From positions 218,477-282,476 of the forward strand of contig NW_018405922.1 in assembly GCF_002113885.1 (NCBI RefSeq): a stretch of DNA of 64,000 bases, written 5' to 3'. Position 1 is the stretch's first letter; each line of letters starts with the position of its first letter. Positions 1 to 13,342 of this stretch are shown here, piece after piece. Origin of the DNA: Mizuhopecten yessoensis (lineage: Eukaryota). The notes below the pieces were generated by a model, which had not been told where the DNA came from, did no database searches, and saw only the letters and a program-made list of their open reading frames with translations. Position numbers and translations under genes: made by a program.

Positions 1-458
1 ATAAAAAAAATAGTGACTTTTCGATACTTTGTGTGGTACCCCCTTTATATTTCAAATCCATACAATACAACTCACTATGTTAGCATTATTACACACAATA
101 TACCGACATCCAGAGTACCTGCATGTATACTCAATGTATATATGTTTATATACACACGTGCACGCATATCCATACACAATGTGTCACACACGTTCAGTCA
201 ATTAAACTAAAACGTATCAATGTGTCCGTGACACGGACGTGTTAACATACGGGTACTTTGTGAATATATAGATTACATGATTCAATATATATCATAGTAT
301 TGGCTGCACTTAGGTAAAATAATATTGACCGTCCTTATAGGTATACTTATATTGACCTGTTAAAACAACTGCATGACGTCACGTCAACAATGCAGTGTGT
401 CAACGTTTCATTGGGTATATGTCAGGGTCAACAGGGTAAGGAGAAACAAATACCATAT

Positions 459-669
459 ACTGAATACACCCATGTGGGATAAATAGAATCTTTCACCCCC
501 TTGAGTTGAGACGGATAATCTCAACACTTGAGGAAAGATTCTCAATTTGGCAAACACTAGTCAAGCCTCCTTTTTGGCAATTTGAGAATATTCCTCCTTA
601 GGTTGAAATTTTCCTACCTGACCCCAGAGTGGTGGACGATTCTATCAATCCCACATGGGGGTACTCAGT
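459..669. mobile_element. Degenerate fold-back (palindromic) element
   Basis: actgaatacacccatgtgggat..atagaatc pairs with gattctat..atcccacatgggggtactcagt; inner arms pair imperfectly. Confidence 0.5.
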
Positions 670-1162
670 GTCTTGTACTATTATGACGTCACTTAAGCAT
701 TAAACTGATTTCAGATGCGGTCCATATGCAATATGAATGTCCACTGCATAACAGGAAAATGACCTTGACTGCGTTTTGTTTTACATTTCCCTGTAATGCA
801 GTGGACATTTGCCCTGAAATTCTTGCATGGATCTTTACATTTGAGATATACCTACGGTATACCATACCTTTGCTGATCTTTCCAATAGTGTCATAAATTC
901 TGTTAGCTTTATCTAGAACTTTTGTTATATTTAATGATACATTGTCCTGTCCTGTTTTACCACAATTTTGGTTAAGGAATTGGAGAAAAAATTCAGTCAA
1001 TATGTAGATATGTGGGATATAGATAGCCTACCCTCGGGTTCAGAATTAGGTGTAATAAGCTCGGCCAGCCTTGGCTCTGGCCCAAATTCGACACCGTCGG
1101 AAAGAATATCCATAACCCACTTACCTATATGTAATGGACTCTGTTACTAACCGCTACCCACC

Positions 1163-1345
1163 TATTACGTCTTTGCGTATTGAGTTATCTTCTCTTGTGA
1201 GCAGGTATTTTAAAATTGTTACGTTATTAGTTTGTGTGAGAAAATTACGTCGTTTTCTCAAAAACTGATGACGTTACTCTCACAAACAAATGACGTAACA
1301 ATCAATACCTGCTCACAAGAGCAGATAACTCTGCAAGACGGAATA
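1163..1345. mobile_element. Palindromic MITE family A, copy 1
   Basis: Long TIR tattccgtctttgcgtattgcagagttatcttctc..., shared with copies at 1975, 29739 and 42397. Confidence 0.8.
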
Positions 1346-1687
1346 TCGGCAAGGGCTGTGGCTGCTATTTACTTATAATCAAGTCATTAAGTTTGTGTAA
1401 TAAATTGAATTATTGTGACACCATTTTACACCATATTTTACAAATTATATATAAGCAAGATTAGCACTCTCAAACACTATGAAGTATCAAAATATATAAT
1501 TTTATTCGTTTGAATGGAATGAATTAGGATGAAATTGTTTTCTCCGATACCGGAGTGACGTCACGGGGTGAGCAGTGTTTCGGGTGGATATACATGTGGA
1601 GCTCGTGCGGGTGGTCATTCAGCGATACCACGTACACGGGTACCGGTACACACACCGGTATACCCGTACACTGATATAGTTTCTGGT

Positions 1688-2164
1688 TTAAAGATATTAT
1701 ACAAAGATGAAGTATAATTTTATTTTTTGAAAGGGAGAACGCGGAGTAGATATTTGAGAAATGGTTATTTGTGATGTGTGGTTTTGTAGTTGGTGAAAGT
1801 GAGTTATTGTGTAATAAACTAACGCGCTTGGTCGAGCCCGTTGCACTTTATTAATGTTTTGTCTTATTTGTTAAAGTGACGTATTAACGGAACAACGTTT
1901 TGGTCGGAGAAGACAATTTGATGACGTCGGTTATCATATTAAGAGTAAGGTTCAGTAAACCTAATGAGAGAGAGTATTCCGTCTTTGGGTATTGCAGAGT
2001 TATCTTCTCCTGTGAACAGGTATTGATTGTTACGTCATTGGTTTGTGTGAGAAAATTACGTCGTGTTCTCAAAAATTGATGACGTTACTCTTCTCAAATA
2101 TTTACTCCGCGTCCTCCCTTCCCAAAAATCAAATTATAATTCATCTTTGTAAAATAATCTTTAA
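1688..2164. mobile_element. Inverted-repeat-bounded segment (arms about 73 bp) enclosing a partial MITE A (1975-2091)
   Basis: 1688-1760 is an imperfect reverse complement of 2091-2164. Confidence 0.6.
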
Positions 2165-5100
2165 GTCATCCTAAATTTCAACCCCATTTGATTGAAACAT
2201 CTTTATTGCATTTATTATACAAAATATCAGCCCCAAGGCTTCGATTAAAATCCGAACGTATCTTATATCATTCACTCGTTTGATTTTATTGAACTTAGCA
2301 CATTAGCAATTAAAATGACATATAGTCTAATGACGTCGGGCATCATATCAACAAACCCCCTGAGGGTAAGTTATATTCGAAGATGCCAATACAAAATCGG
2401 AAACGATATACGTCATTTGAACGAATTGAACTTAGCACATTAGCTTTTTAAGTGGTAAATAGCGCAAGGTTAGCGTAGTCAATAATAAGGCACTAAGGCC
2501 TGATGTCTCCACAACAAAGATTATCGAATTTATATTGTGTCAGTATCCTTTGAAACCAAACGGGGAAAAATGTACAATTCCCTTTCTATATATTCAAACA
2601 GATTATAAATAGGAATACCAAAGCTAATTAAACTAGATCGATACTTAAACCTTAGAGGATGCGTTATTCCATTAAATTCTGTGACATTATGAATGCGCTA
2701 AACATGTTATAAATATTGAACCTGGAAAGTGTTATAATGCATATAACTTCTCTAGCTTTTTTTATAACAACACAAATGTTACAACAGGATACTGTATATA
2801 AAGTTTATATATAAGTAACAGTCACAAGACCATTGGTTCCGGTGAAATACATGACGAGGTCATTTCACTACGATTTTTGTGCGTTCCCATAGCAACGTTC
2901 ATCTTGTCATCATCTCCACAAAACAAACACGTGTCTGCTGTCCATGTTACATTTTTTATTCTCTTTTTCACACTGGGGTTTTCCCGGAAGTGCTTACTCA
3001 ACGGGTGTACAAACTAATATTCCACAAGAGAACCCGGATGGCAGGCAGTTATTCCGGAATTGCTACTATATGTTATTTGTATAACATTTATTTCATTTTT
3101 ATTTCATGATATCACCAGTAGAAGCCAAATACACAAAATTGTTTTGCGGCTGGTGTGCCTCTCCACAGCTAGAAAAAGAGAAAATAAGCAACGCATGACC
3201 TTAGTACAATGTATATATAAGAATGTAAGATACCATGTCATTTCATAGAATTTATTCTGGCAGCAGAAGAGATTGTTAAGAAACCGGTTAGCTATCTTTA
3301 TGAAGTCCTCAGCCTTAATTTCTTATTATTGACTATGAAGTCCTCACTATAAAACATAATAATAACTTATGTACAAGTTCAATATATCCTAATTACTTAT
3401 GTGAATTACGATATTTAATTGGGCTTTTGAATATTACTTATCAAGGGGTTTGAATTAAGGGTGACTTTGAGTGAGGTTCTTTTAGGGGCTTGCTGAACCT
3501 TCATCAATGTTGTAGAACGTCAGCCGACTGGGTACTGATAATTTAAAAGTCTAACGATTGTTTTTATTCACATAGTCGTTGGTGTGTAGAAACAAATCAT
3601 GCTATGCTATGTATAGAACCGCAATGCCACGCCTAGAAATCTAAAATAGTTTTACATGGTCAAATGTCTAACACTGATACACTAGGAAACAATAACGTAC
3701 ACTCCCTGGGTGATGTTCTAGCCACCTTCAATGTTCAGAGTTAAGTGCCTAAACACATCTTTATCTCATATCCGGTCATGTAAGATAACGCTTGCCGTGT
3801 AAGATTGCCATGCTTGCTGAGTCTATCTTACATGTGCGTGACGTCACAATGGCTCAACAATGACGTGACGTCACGAATTTGGAAAACACCGATGCCGCAA
3901 TGCGGAAAAGGCAACGTGATGAAATTAAAATTTTACGGTATTTTTACCGTACGCTTTAGGAAGATGAGATTATTTTTTTTCTGCACAAAATCTTTTTGCA
4001 AATATAGGGTATGCTTACTCTCGCTGACGAATTCGTTTTCGTCAAAAAAGCTCAGGGGAAAAATTAATATTTTCAAAATTTAAGCCAGTCCAAACGCTTT
4101 TTTTTTATGGTTTCTGAGCTTATTCTTGTAGTTACAATGAGAGAAAAATACTCGTTCATGCCCAATGGTGAGGGCTAGGGAAATTCGTTCCGCGGGATTT
4201 TCAACTTTGGCAAAACCCTCGCCTAAATCTCGCTGACGAATTTGTTTTCGTCAAAAATGCTCAGGGGAAAAAATGAGTGTAGGGTAGGGGTGCGTAAAGC
4301 GTCATACTGTAGCTATTTCGTCTTTTTATAATTGCAAAAATGTCCGATAGTGAAACACTGAAACTCTAACTCTCCTTTTTTCCGTTATTGTCACATAAAG
4401 GTCTTCATAAATCAAAGTCTTCATAAATCAAACCTTATGATAGAGGGAAACGGTAAATATTAGCAGACTCTTTTCGAAATCCAGCAATGCAATATTTAAG
4501 GTGTAAGGCGTGACTCATCGGGCACCTATTTATCTTCCCGTCCGTAGGACTGTTTGGAGGGGGTGTGAGAAAGTATATAGAAACTTATTGTAATCAAATG
4601 GTGTAACTTGTTAGTAGTGATTGGTTTCTAAGATGGATTTTGGGACATGGTTTATGTAGGTTTATACAATCCTGTCCTATCGGTACCTGTGATAGGCATG
4701 GCGTTTTCAGAAAGGGAGGAAGGCTACGGTGAATATAATGCAATTCCCAGAAGCGAAAAAAGGTAAATATTGTGATGTTATGGACAATGAAATCATTTCT
4801 TCCCATTGTTTATCTAATTCAAACCTGTGAAATAAATTTCTACTCTATCGTTTTACAATATACATATCATCTCCTTTATCCGAGTAAGTATTACAGTCTG
4901 ATGATCTCGTTGATATGAGGGATACTAACCACTTTATTAAACAGTCACTTAGACTGAGGAGGGTGGGTTTACTTGCTTCACGATAATGCACCAGATATTA
5001 GATAAATGTAGGAAAGTAGGTCTACATCACATTTAGACTGAATTTATTCCTAATATTATTGGTTGCGTTACTTTGTATTGATACGTACTCTACAATCTAC

Positions 5101-5235
5101 TTACCTTGTGTACAGTGTACGTACACAACCTTCTATAAGGAATTATGATGTTTAGTTTAGATCTAAGCTGAAAGGGCGTAGAACAGACAGTACGGGTTTG
5201 GAAAGATTAGAAAGCTTAGAACGTTGTGATGTGTC

Positions 5236-5447
5236 GTACTGTATACCGGGAACTTGTCGCCACAGTTTAACTTTCGCTCTTTTCGCCTTTCCTGATGAGG
5301 GCGAATTTATCATTACACTGAACTTTAATCAACAACAAAATAGACATAGTAATTAAATACAAAGATCAGGGGCGAAATTGAAACTAATACGGATTTTTCA
5401 GGCGAAGGGCGAAAGTTTTACGTGGTGAAAATTCCTTAGTATACAGT
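5236..5447. mobile_element. Short-TIR MITE (TA-CTGTA...TACAG ends, Tc1/mariner-like); relatives at 10473-10585 and 49458-49651
   Basis: tactgtataccggg...cttagtatacagt termini and internal tttcgcc/ggcgaaa inverted motifs. Confidence 0.55.
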
Positions 5448-5499
5448 GAAAACCTTGTCTCTCTAGATATTTGGGTCAATGAAAAGGAGCAATGCTACG

Positions 5500-6860
5500 T
5501 TTAATAGAGAGAATGTTAGGGGGTGCAGAGGAAATGAATTGATAGAGAAAATGTTAGCGAGTGTAGAGGAAATGAATTGATAGAATGCATAGCAGCGAAA
5601 GTAGAAGGAAAGAGAATGGTAGAGAGAATAAAAACGATTATGGAAGAAAAGAGAATGATAGACAGAATGGAAGCGACTGTGGAAGGAAGGGAATTGAGAG
5701 AGATTGGTAGCTGGGAGCGAGTGTTAAAGTAAAGGGATTGAAAGAGTGAATGGGAGCGAGTTGCGAAGGTATGGAATTTACAGAGAGAATGGGAGCGAGA
5801 GTAGAATGAGACAGATTGATAGAAGGAACGGGGTTGGGTGTTAAAGGAGTGGAATCGATAGAAGAATGGAAGCGAGTGTAGAAGGAGAGGAATTGATAGA
5901 GGGAAAGGGAGCGAGTGTTTAGGGAGAGGGAATATAGAGAAAATTGGAGCAAGTGTAGAAGTTAAGGGATTGTTAGAGAAAATGTGAGCGTGTGCGGAAG
6001 GAATGGACTGATAGAGGGAATGGGAGCGAGTGTTTAGGGAGAGGAATTGATAGAGGGAATGGGAGCGAGCGTAGAAAGAGAGGAATTGATAGAGGGGATA
6101 GGAGCGAGTGTAGCAGGAGGGGAATTGATAGAGGGGATGGGAGCGAGTTTAGAAGGAGAGGAATTGATAGAGGGAAGGGGAGCGAGTGTAGAAGGAGGGG
6201 AATTGATAGAGTGGATGGGAGCGAGTGTAGCCGGAGAGGAATAGAAAGAGAGGATGGCAGCGAGTGTCGAAGGATAGGGGATGATAGAGGGAACGGGATC
6301 GAGTGTAGAAGGAGAGGAATTGATAGAGGGAATGGGAGCGAGTGTAGAAGGAGAGGAATTGATAGAGGGAAGGGGAGCGAGTGTAAAAGGAGGGGAATTG
6401 ATAGAGGGGATGGGAGCGAGTGTAGCAGGAGGGGAATAGAAAGAGAGGATGGCAGCGAGTGTTGAAGGATAGGGGATGATAGAGGGAATGGGAGCGAGTG
6501 TAGAAGGAGAGGAATTGATAGAGGGAATGGGAGCGAGTGTAGAAGAAGAGGAATTGATAGAGGGAATGGGAGCGAGTGTAGAAGGAGGGGAATTGATAGA
6601 GGGGATGGGAGCAAGTGTAGAAGGAGAGGAATTGATAGAGGGGATGGGAGCGAGTGTAGAAGGAGGGGAATAGAAAGAGAGGATGGCAGCGAGTGTCGAA
6701 GGATAGGGGATGATAGAGGGAATGGGAGCGAGTGTTGAAGGAGAGGAATTGATAGAGGGAATGGGAGCGAGTGTAGAAGGAGAGGAATTGTTAGAGAAAA
6801 TGTGAGCGTGTGCGGAAAGAAAGGGGCTGAGAGAGGGAAAAGGACTGATAGAGGGAAAGG
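5500..6860 (+). repeat. Purine-rich 39-bp minisatellite, about 35 units, degenerate at the 5' end
   Basis: Unit GATAGAGGGAATGGGAGCGAGTGTAGAAGGAGAGGAATT; explains all 13-aa repeat ORFs here. Confidence 0.95.
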
Positions 6861-6957
6861 GATTGGCTGGATTGGTTAGCCATCGTTTCAATGCTCTTGC
6901 CCGACCCCATACATTAGACCAAGGAGATGTAATGTTGTAATTTTCAATAACATGAGC

Positions 6958-7121
6958 TTGCTATTATTTTTATGTTTTTTAGTTTTATTAAGAGAGAAAA
7001 GGAGAATGTTATTTCTATGTTTTTTAGTGTTATTAAGAGAGAAAAGGAGAATGTTATTTCTATGGTTTTTAGTGTTAATAAGAGAGAAGAGGAGAATGCT
7101 ATTTCTATGGTTTTTAGTGTC
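6958..7121 (+). repeat. 45-bp tandem repeat, about 3.5 copies
   Basis: ATGTTATTTCTATGTTTTTTAGTGTTATTAAGAGAGAAAAGGAGA repeated. Confidence 0.9.
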
Positions 7122-7166
7122 GCTAAAACAAACCTACCACTACTCTACATCCTGCGGTGGTCAGAT

Positions 7167-7280
7167 GGTCGGATGGTGCAGTGGGTAGCGCACTTGCCTT
7201 TTACCAAGGTTTTCTCCGGGTAAGAACCCCGCGCACTAACATCCGGCCAACAAAAGTTATTAATATAACTTGAAATAAGA
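7167..7280 (+). mobile_element. Internally deleted tRNA-derived SINE
   Basis: ggtcggatggtgcagtgggtagcgcacttgcc A-box head; related to the - strand element at 59520-59645. Confidence 0.5.
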
Positions 7281-7303
7281 CCCTGTGGTGTTCGGATTTA
7301 ACA

Positions 7304-7389
7304 CATCCTCGATATCCAGGAGTTACGCTATGGTATATTTCAGGGGTGCAGTGTGCGAAAGTGAGCGTAAGCCCTGGATATCGAGGATG
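7304..7389. mobile_element. Small hairpin / MITE remnant
   Basis: Perfect 17-bp inverted repeat catcctcgatatccagg / cctggatatcgaggatg, extended by ttacgct/agcgtaa. Confidence 0.6.
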
Positions 7390-8829
7390 GGATTTAACAA
7401 TGCATTGTTTCAATTTATCACTTACAAGCATGAAGGAGACTCCAGACCTCCTGGAATCTCTGTTTGTGAGTTAAACTATTTCAAGAGCAGATTTGTGCTA
7501 TATACATCAAAATAAATTAGTGTGTATTCTAATAGATTATATTAACAACAATAAGTAGTTCGATGACATTTGTTCTATTTTTCTATTTATCCTGAATTCC
7601 CGTGATACTGTATGACAAGAATATCGGATAAATTTATCAACACATTCTAATGGGAGATTTGTATGAATTAATAACGAAACACAAATATGGGAGTTAAAAA
7701 TTCAGAATCCCCTTATTCCTTACTATGAACATTTGTTTATTAATCATTTTGTTGTATTCTATTGTTTGTTTATATTTCATTTTATTTTATATTTTTTCAA
7801 TTCTTTTTAATACTATTCTATATTTATCTTGTATAATATCAATAATTTCGCATTTAGAGCTATTCAGTCTTTCAAGCATATTCTAGATGCTGGTTGATAT
7901 GTAAGAATTCTATAAATGTCACGTTACAATGTCCCGTAATGGTCCTAAACAGATCTAAAATGAAATGAATACGTATTGATGGGATACAACAAATTGACAT
8001 TGGTAATATTCCGACCTCTACTCCATAATTTTTTAAGAAATGAACCTCTACTCGCACCTTCACGTGTCCGCTGATCTAATTGCTTATGCAACGCCATCTT
8101 GTAACGCCGTCGCCTACTATGACGTCATTTGTCTATATTTAGAACCCCCGCGCCCCCATATCAATCCTGCTCTCCCAAATAATGATATCCCAACTACATA
8201 TGTACCACTACCTCCGGCTGTTTATATTCAGATGGAGAAGTTAACCCTATACCGAGGTCTGCTTCATGAGTACGGAACAAGTTACCGACCTCTACCTTTT
8301 TTGTTTGGTGCTAATATGCGATTTCGTACAAACTGTTATAATTATAGTCGTAGAATCTGTTCAGCGCTGATGGTGGCTGTGGAAACGACATTGTAGGATC
8401 TGATAATTATCGAAGTTGTCGTCTATAATACTAGTTCCCTATTATTTGTGTTGAACATGTGACTGAATGTGCATGGCCACCATATCTATACGACAACCGT
8501 TCCTTTGCAGTAAGGTTAAACACGGTTTCAGGGCCATGGTTTTCCAATACCGAGGTACACCTAGCCACACAGGTCATCGTCCTCATGTTGAATACCACTT
8601 AAGGACATCTGGAGCTCCCAAGAGTTCTGGTCCGATTCTAACAGGTGTCAGAAAAAGAAAGACATGTCTAAGAGGAATACTTTTAAACCCACTATGGTCA
8701 TGCATTTTTCTCCGTGAGTTCCCTCTTCCGTTGCCGGCGAAGTAATACAATACACTCTTAACAAATTATGCATTTGTTTATAATGCAAATGTCGGCAAGT
8801 TCGGATTATCACAATTTTCAATTATTTAT

Positions 8830-9075
8830 AATTTTTGTGGAGTTTTTCTCCAGATCCACAACAATATATATGTTTATCACTCATCGGCATTTCCTCTTGA
8901 CATGAACGTTTTTGTGGCGCTTTCCAATTTGCCATTACATCGTTTGGATTGTGGTGAGCTAGTTAAATGTTCACACGTAACAGTATCTTCATATATGGTA
9001 AACTTTGATGGACCAAACAGTTAGCTATTATCCACAATTTCTTTAACGATAACCCATGTCTCACTAGACAGAGGA
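8830..9075 (-). mobile_element. Highly degenerate Ty3/Gypsy integrase relic
   Basis: Minus-strand fragments LVRHGL, HLTSSPQSKRCNGKLESATKT and ILLWIWRKTP occur in the order of the integrase motifs FARHG, TSSP..PQSNG.AE..V.T and LL..RNTP, with frameshifts. Confidence 0.5.
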
Positions 9076-12000
9076 TTCCATTTAAGTCTTCACGAAATAA
9101 TTCCAAAATCCTCTACATTTATCAGGAAATCTCTCTGGTGAAGGGCGAATACGTCCCGTCTGACCTACTGTTAAGGTATAGTTTTGACCTCATGGTTACT
9201 TAACGATTCTTTATGCTGATTAACTGAGTAGCAGGTTCTTTTTCATTATTACATATTTTTTTTCGATCTATAGTTTACAAATTTACATAGAGTTATATCT
9301 GCAGTACGTCACACACAACAAAATAACATAATATTGCACAACACAATTACAGATACATACAATATTACATTTTTGAAAAGTGAAACTTTTTAAAAGAATC
9401 GCATTTTTCTCGCATGGGCAGTTTTTATATATTTTACTAACTTTCTTACTTATTATCAAACCGAAGCATTTCTATCAATATACATTTATATTTTATAGTT
9501 TCCGAAACAATTGCTCGCAAATCGAGATCTTCAGACCACTCGCTCTCCCAAAACTTTCGATTCGATCCCCAGCGGTGGCGGAAAAAAAGAGAGTGATGTG
9601 TGACAGGGTTAGCTGTTATCCCTCCGATGGCACGATGGTTTTCCCCCGTGGGATTACTCCACCACGAAAAACACCAATTGTTCCCTAAGCGGCATCATTA
9701 TAAAAGCTCTGCAGATCGTATGTAGATTATTCATATTATTATTGCACTCTTCGATTCAGGTCAATATTTTGATAACGTCCCTTTTGCTCTTCAAAAAACC
9801 CATTCATATTTACTGATATATGCATGTTCGAGCTTCCGATATGTTTAATCTCCTGGATACTGGAACAATCATTCGATCCATGTTGATGCACGCCATATAG
9901 TTGTCAATATTCACTGGGACTTACTACCGCTGTATTCACAGTCACCGAAGATTGCACGAAACTTAATACCCAGCAAATATTGATACCAAGAAAAAGAAAT
10001 CTCCTTAAATATGTATTTATATTGAGATACTAAGGATAAACAACGATTCGTTATCGTATTTTACTTTATTGTGATAAATCCCGGCACCCGAATACAAAGT
10101 ACCCTTATGACTTCAAAATGTTTACTCGGGAAAGTTAAACAAACATGTAATGCATGAAAGCGATTAAATATATAAATCAAGACACATCACATCAAATAAT
10201 TAGGGTAATTCTGTCAGTATCATAGCTACAGATGTGAGAAATTGTGCGAGTTTTTATTAGATGTAATATCACAATGTATATAACGATATTTATTACATTT
10301 GATTAGGCTGGCCTGCAAAAATTTATAAATATATCGGGAAATATTTTTTCTATTATATTTTTTTAATCTATTTATTCACGGTATATCAGGAAACTGTCGC
10401 CAAGTCAAATATCCGCCTGTCAATTGTAAAATTCATATTCGCCGAGAGTTGATATAGTCCTTCAAATGTATTACTGTATCGGGTATGCTTTCTATTTATA
10501 TTCGCTGTCATGACAAATTTTCACCCACAATAGGTTAAAAAGGTGCGACAGTTTTTCTGCTGCGAAAATATCTCGGTATACAGTATTTGTTTTCATTTTA
10601 AATTTTTTATTTATCTATTTTGAGTGCTGAATGTAATTTACTTTATGCTGTTTTTAAATCATTATAAAATATTCAATATCCCCCACAACATCAACATAAA
10701 AATCACCTCAATGTCGGGAATTGAAGCGCACGTGTGTATGGAGACATCCAACATGATACGTCACGAGATTAATTTGTAATTTTTATTTTATTTTTGTACT
10801 TAACACATATTTTTATTTCCCCCAGCCAAATATTATATATATATACTGATAAGTTATTATGTCATTATTATGTATTAATATCAATAATTATAGTAGAAAT
10901 GTCTTAGATCATCCTTAATAAAATACAGAAAAAAGAATTAAAGTTAAATAATACATTCTGATCATGTAGAGTTTATTAATAATGACAGGTTATCAGACAA
11001 AAATTGCAACTTTACTTGTGAGATAGGTTTCGAATTATTAGTTTTTATAACTTCCTTAAGTTGCTTGGACTTTAAAAATAAATGCGGTCGTGTAATATTT
11101 ATATATATATATTTCTATAAACTATATATTAGTACCGCGACCGTGATTTTCCAATTTTTCAGAAAACGAAATTTATAATTTCATCATTTAAGATACAAGA
11201 TGGTAGACTCTGCTTGTGGATGTCTTAACCCCAATGTTTGTCGTAACCTTGATGGCCATCATTTCCTTTTTGAGGTTCATAGTATACTGAAATCATTATT
11301 AATAAGTAATTAACCAGCACTCCTCAAATGCTTATTTTTAATCTTATATTTTATATAATCACGGGCTTTTATGCAACCCCACCCCGCCCATCTGTCTGAA
11401 AAGTACAATTATAGTTAAAACAAATTTGAATTAACACATTTGGTCCCTGGCATAGTTCATGGCATGATGTATGTATACCAGATTATATTCTGCAATCACT
11501 TGTGAGTGCGTTACGTTATTTTTTCATTCAAATAATTTACAACTGCATCAACTACTGACATATAACTATTAATGTAGTTATGTGATGTTGGTACTTTTGA
11601 TTCTTTGAAAGGAGAGTCACTATTCCTGTTTGTTTTGGGTGTCTCCTTGCGTCCTAATTTCGTTTTCTGGCCGACATTGAAATTCAGCCGCGTCCTTGTC
11701 CGATCAGCTACGGCATATCATTTTCAATTTTACGTGTCATAACCTGTGCTTACTTCTTCATTTTAGTTATATCCAATGAAACAGTTTTAAGTTTAAACTC
11801 TCATGGTGCAAACAACAATATGAAATGGAAACGTTTGAGTACATTACGTACAAGAGATAGTGTCTCCTGTGTTGTCCATGTGACCCCCGCTGTTATTCTA
11901 TCCCTTTTCCATTTCCATTCATCAGTTTAGCTTTTGCGGTTTTGGAGACATAAGTGCATGTCAACTTCCTAAACCAGGCTGTTACCGTTAATTTGATTGG

Positions 12001-13090
12001 ATGTCAGTGAGCCAATGTCAACCGTTGATACAAAACATATCGTTTCATCCATTTTCTGCACCGAAAATGTTTGTAACTGGTTTCCTGTCTACACGCTGAA
12101 CAAAATGGTAAATACTATTTTTATTCACTAATGAGTTTCTCTCACTTCGCTGCATATCTTCCTAAATTAACCCATTTCCCCCCACTACATTAACACGCAT
12201 ATATAGCGTGATGTCTGCTTGATAAATCGTTTTACTCCCCACAATATGATATACCGATATGAAAACAGGAAAGTTTTCAAAATGTAACCACAATGAGATA
12301 AAGCCGATTAACAGTAGTTATATATATCGACAGCATTCTAAAACTGGACGTCATGGCATTCTTGTATGAAACTTAATATAGCTATAATTCTCTATATATG
12401 TCTCGATATTTGCATTTTGCGTTATGTATCGTATTTATTGGATCAGTGCGAACCCCTTTATCTGCGGTTTAAATAATGACTGTAGCTTTGTACATCTTCG
12501 TGAAAACGATTTTGTCATGAGTCCAGTCCGTCAGTGTGATCAGAGTAGGAAGGACCTGGTTATCAGCATACAAACGTTGTTATGTGTGCTATACCGAGGC
12601 CATTAACATCTACTATAGGGGCTACCAGGTGTATTCTAGAAGGATTGGCCATGTCAGTACGAAACTCTAAACCGCAAAATATTCATCTCCATACAAAGCA
12701 AATAAAGGGTACGAGTATTCACGCCTGGTGATTCGGAAACGTTGGATATGTAGGGATAGAAATGCCAAGTAAAATGTAGTTCTAGAAAGTTTACTTAAAA
12801 TTGATGAAAATCCTATTAAACTGTTATATTTCAGTTAAAGAACCTCAGTATCTCGAAACAGATGCTTGCAATTTAGGGTAACCTGTTTAATAAATGCATT
12901 GCTATACATTTTATAACATAAATATTGTGCTTAGAAATTCAAACCGAATTTGTAATAAGAACAACAGAAACGACTTTTTTTACAGAAATATGAAAGCATT
13001 TTATTATCATATTTGATTAAAAAAAACCAGGTCGGATAATAGTTATAGATATACTTACATGTTTATTAAGAAATATCGTTGATTTTTACA

Positions 13091-13342
13091 GTTATATATA
13101 ATTATTATATAAAACTATTGATACATGCATAAGTCCCAGATAGAGTATTGGTATAAATAGTGTTGCCTTATATTATAAACGCAAAATTCAGATTTGAATA
13201 TTAACCATTATATTTTACTATACAATGGTTAATATTCAAATCTGAATTTTGTGTTTATAATATAAGGCAACACTATTTATACCAATACTCTATCTGGGAC
13301 TTATGCATGTATCAATAGTTTTATATAATAATTATATATAAC
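13091..13342. repeat. Near-perfect palindrome: 119-bp arms, 14-nt spacer, 1 mismatch
   Basis: 13091-13209 is the reverse complement of 13224-13342 except aaacgcaaaa vs ttttgtgttt. Confidence 0.95.

Noticed and set aside
689-1000. 103-aa minus-strand ORF, and a CLFCG-containing frame near 2870-3000
   Set aside because: No domain recognised; lies among fold-back repeats, probably decayed transposon sequence.
5638-7223. Long repetitive ORFs on both strands (e.g. 285 aa Ser/Pro-rich, 213 aa Leu/Pro-rich)
   Set aside because: By-products of 39-bp and 45-bp tandem repeats whose unit lengths are multiples of 3; open in several frames with no gene context.
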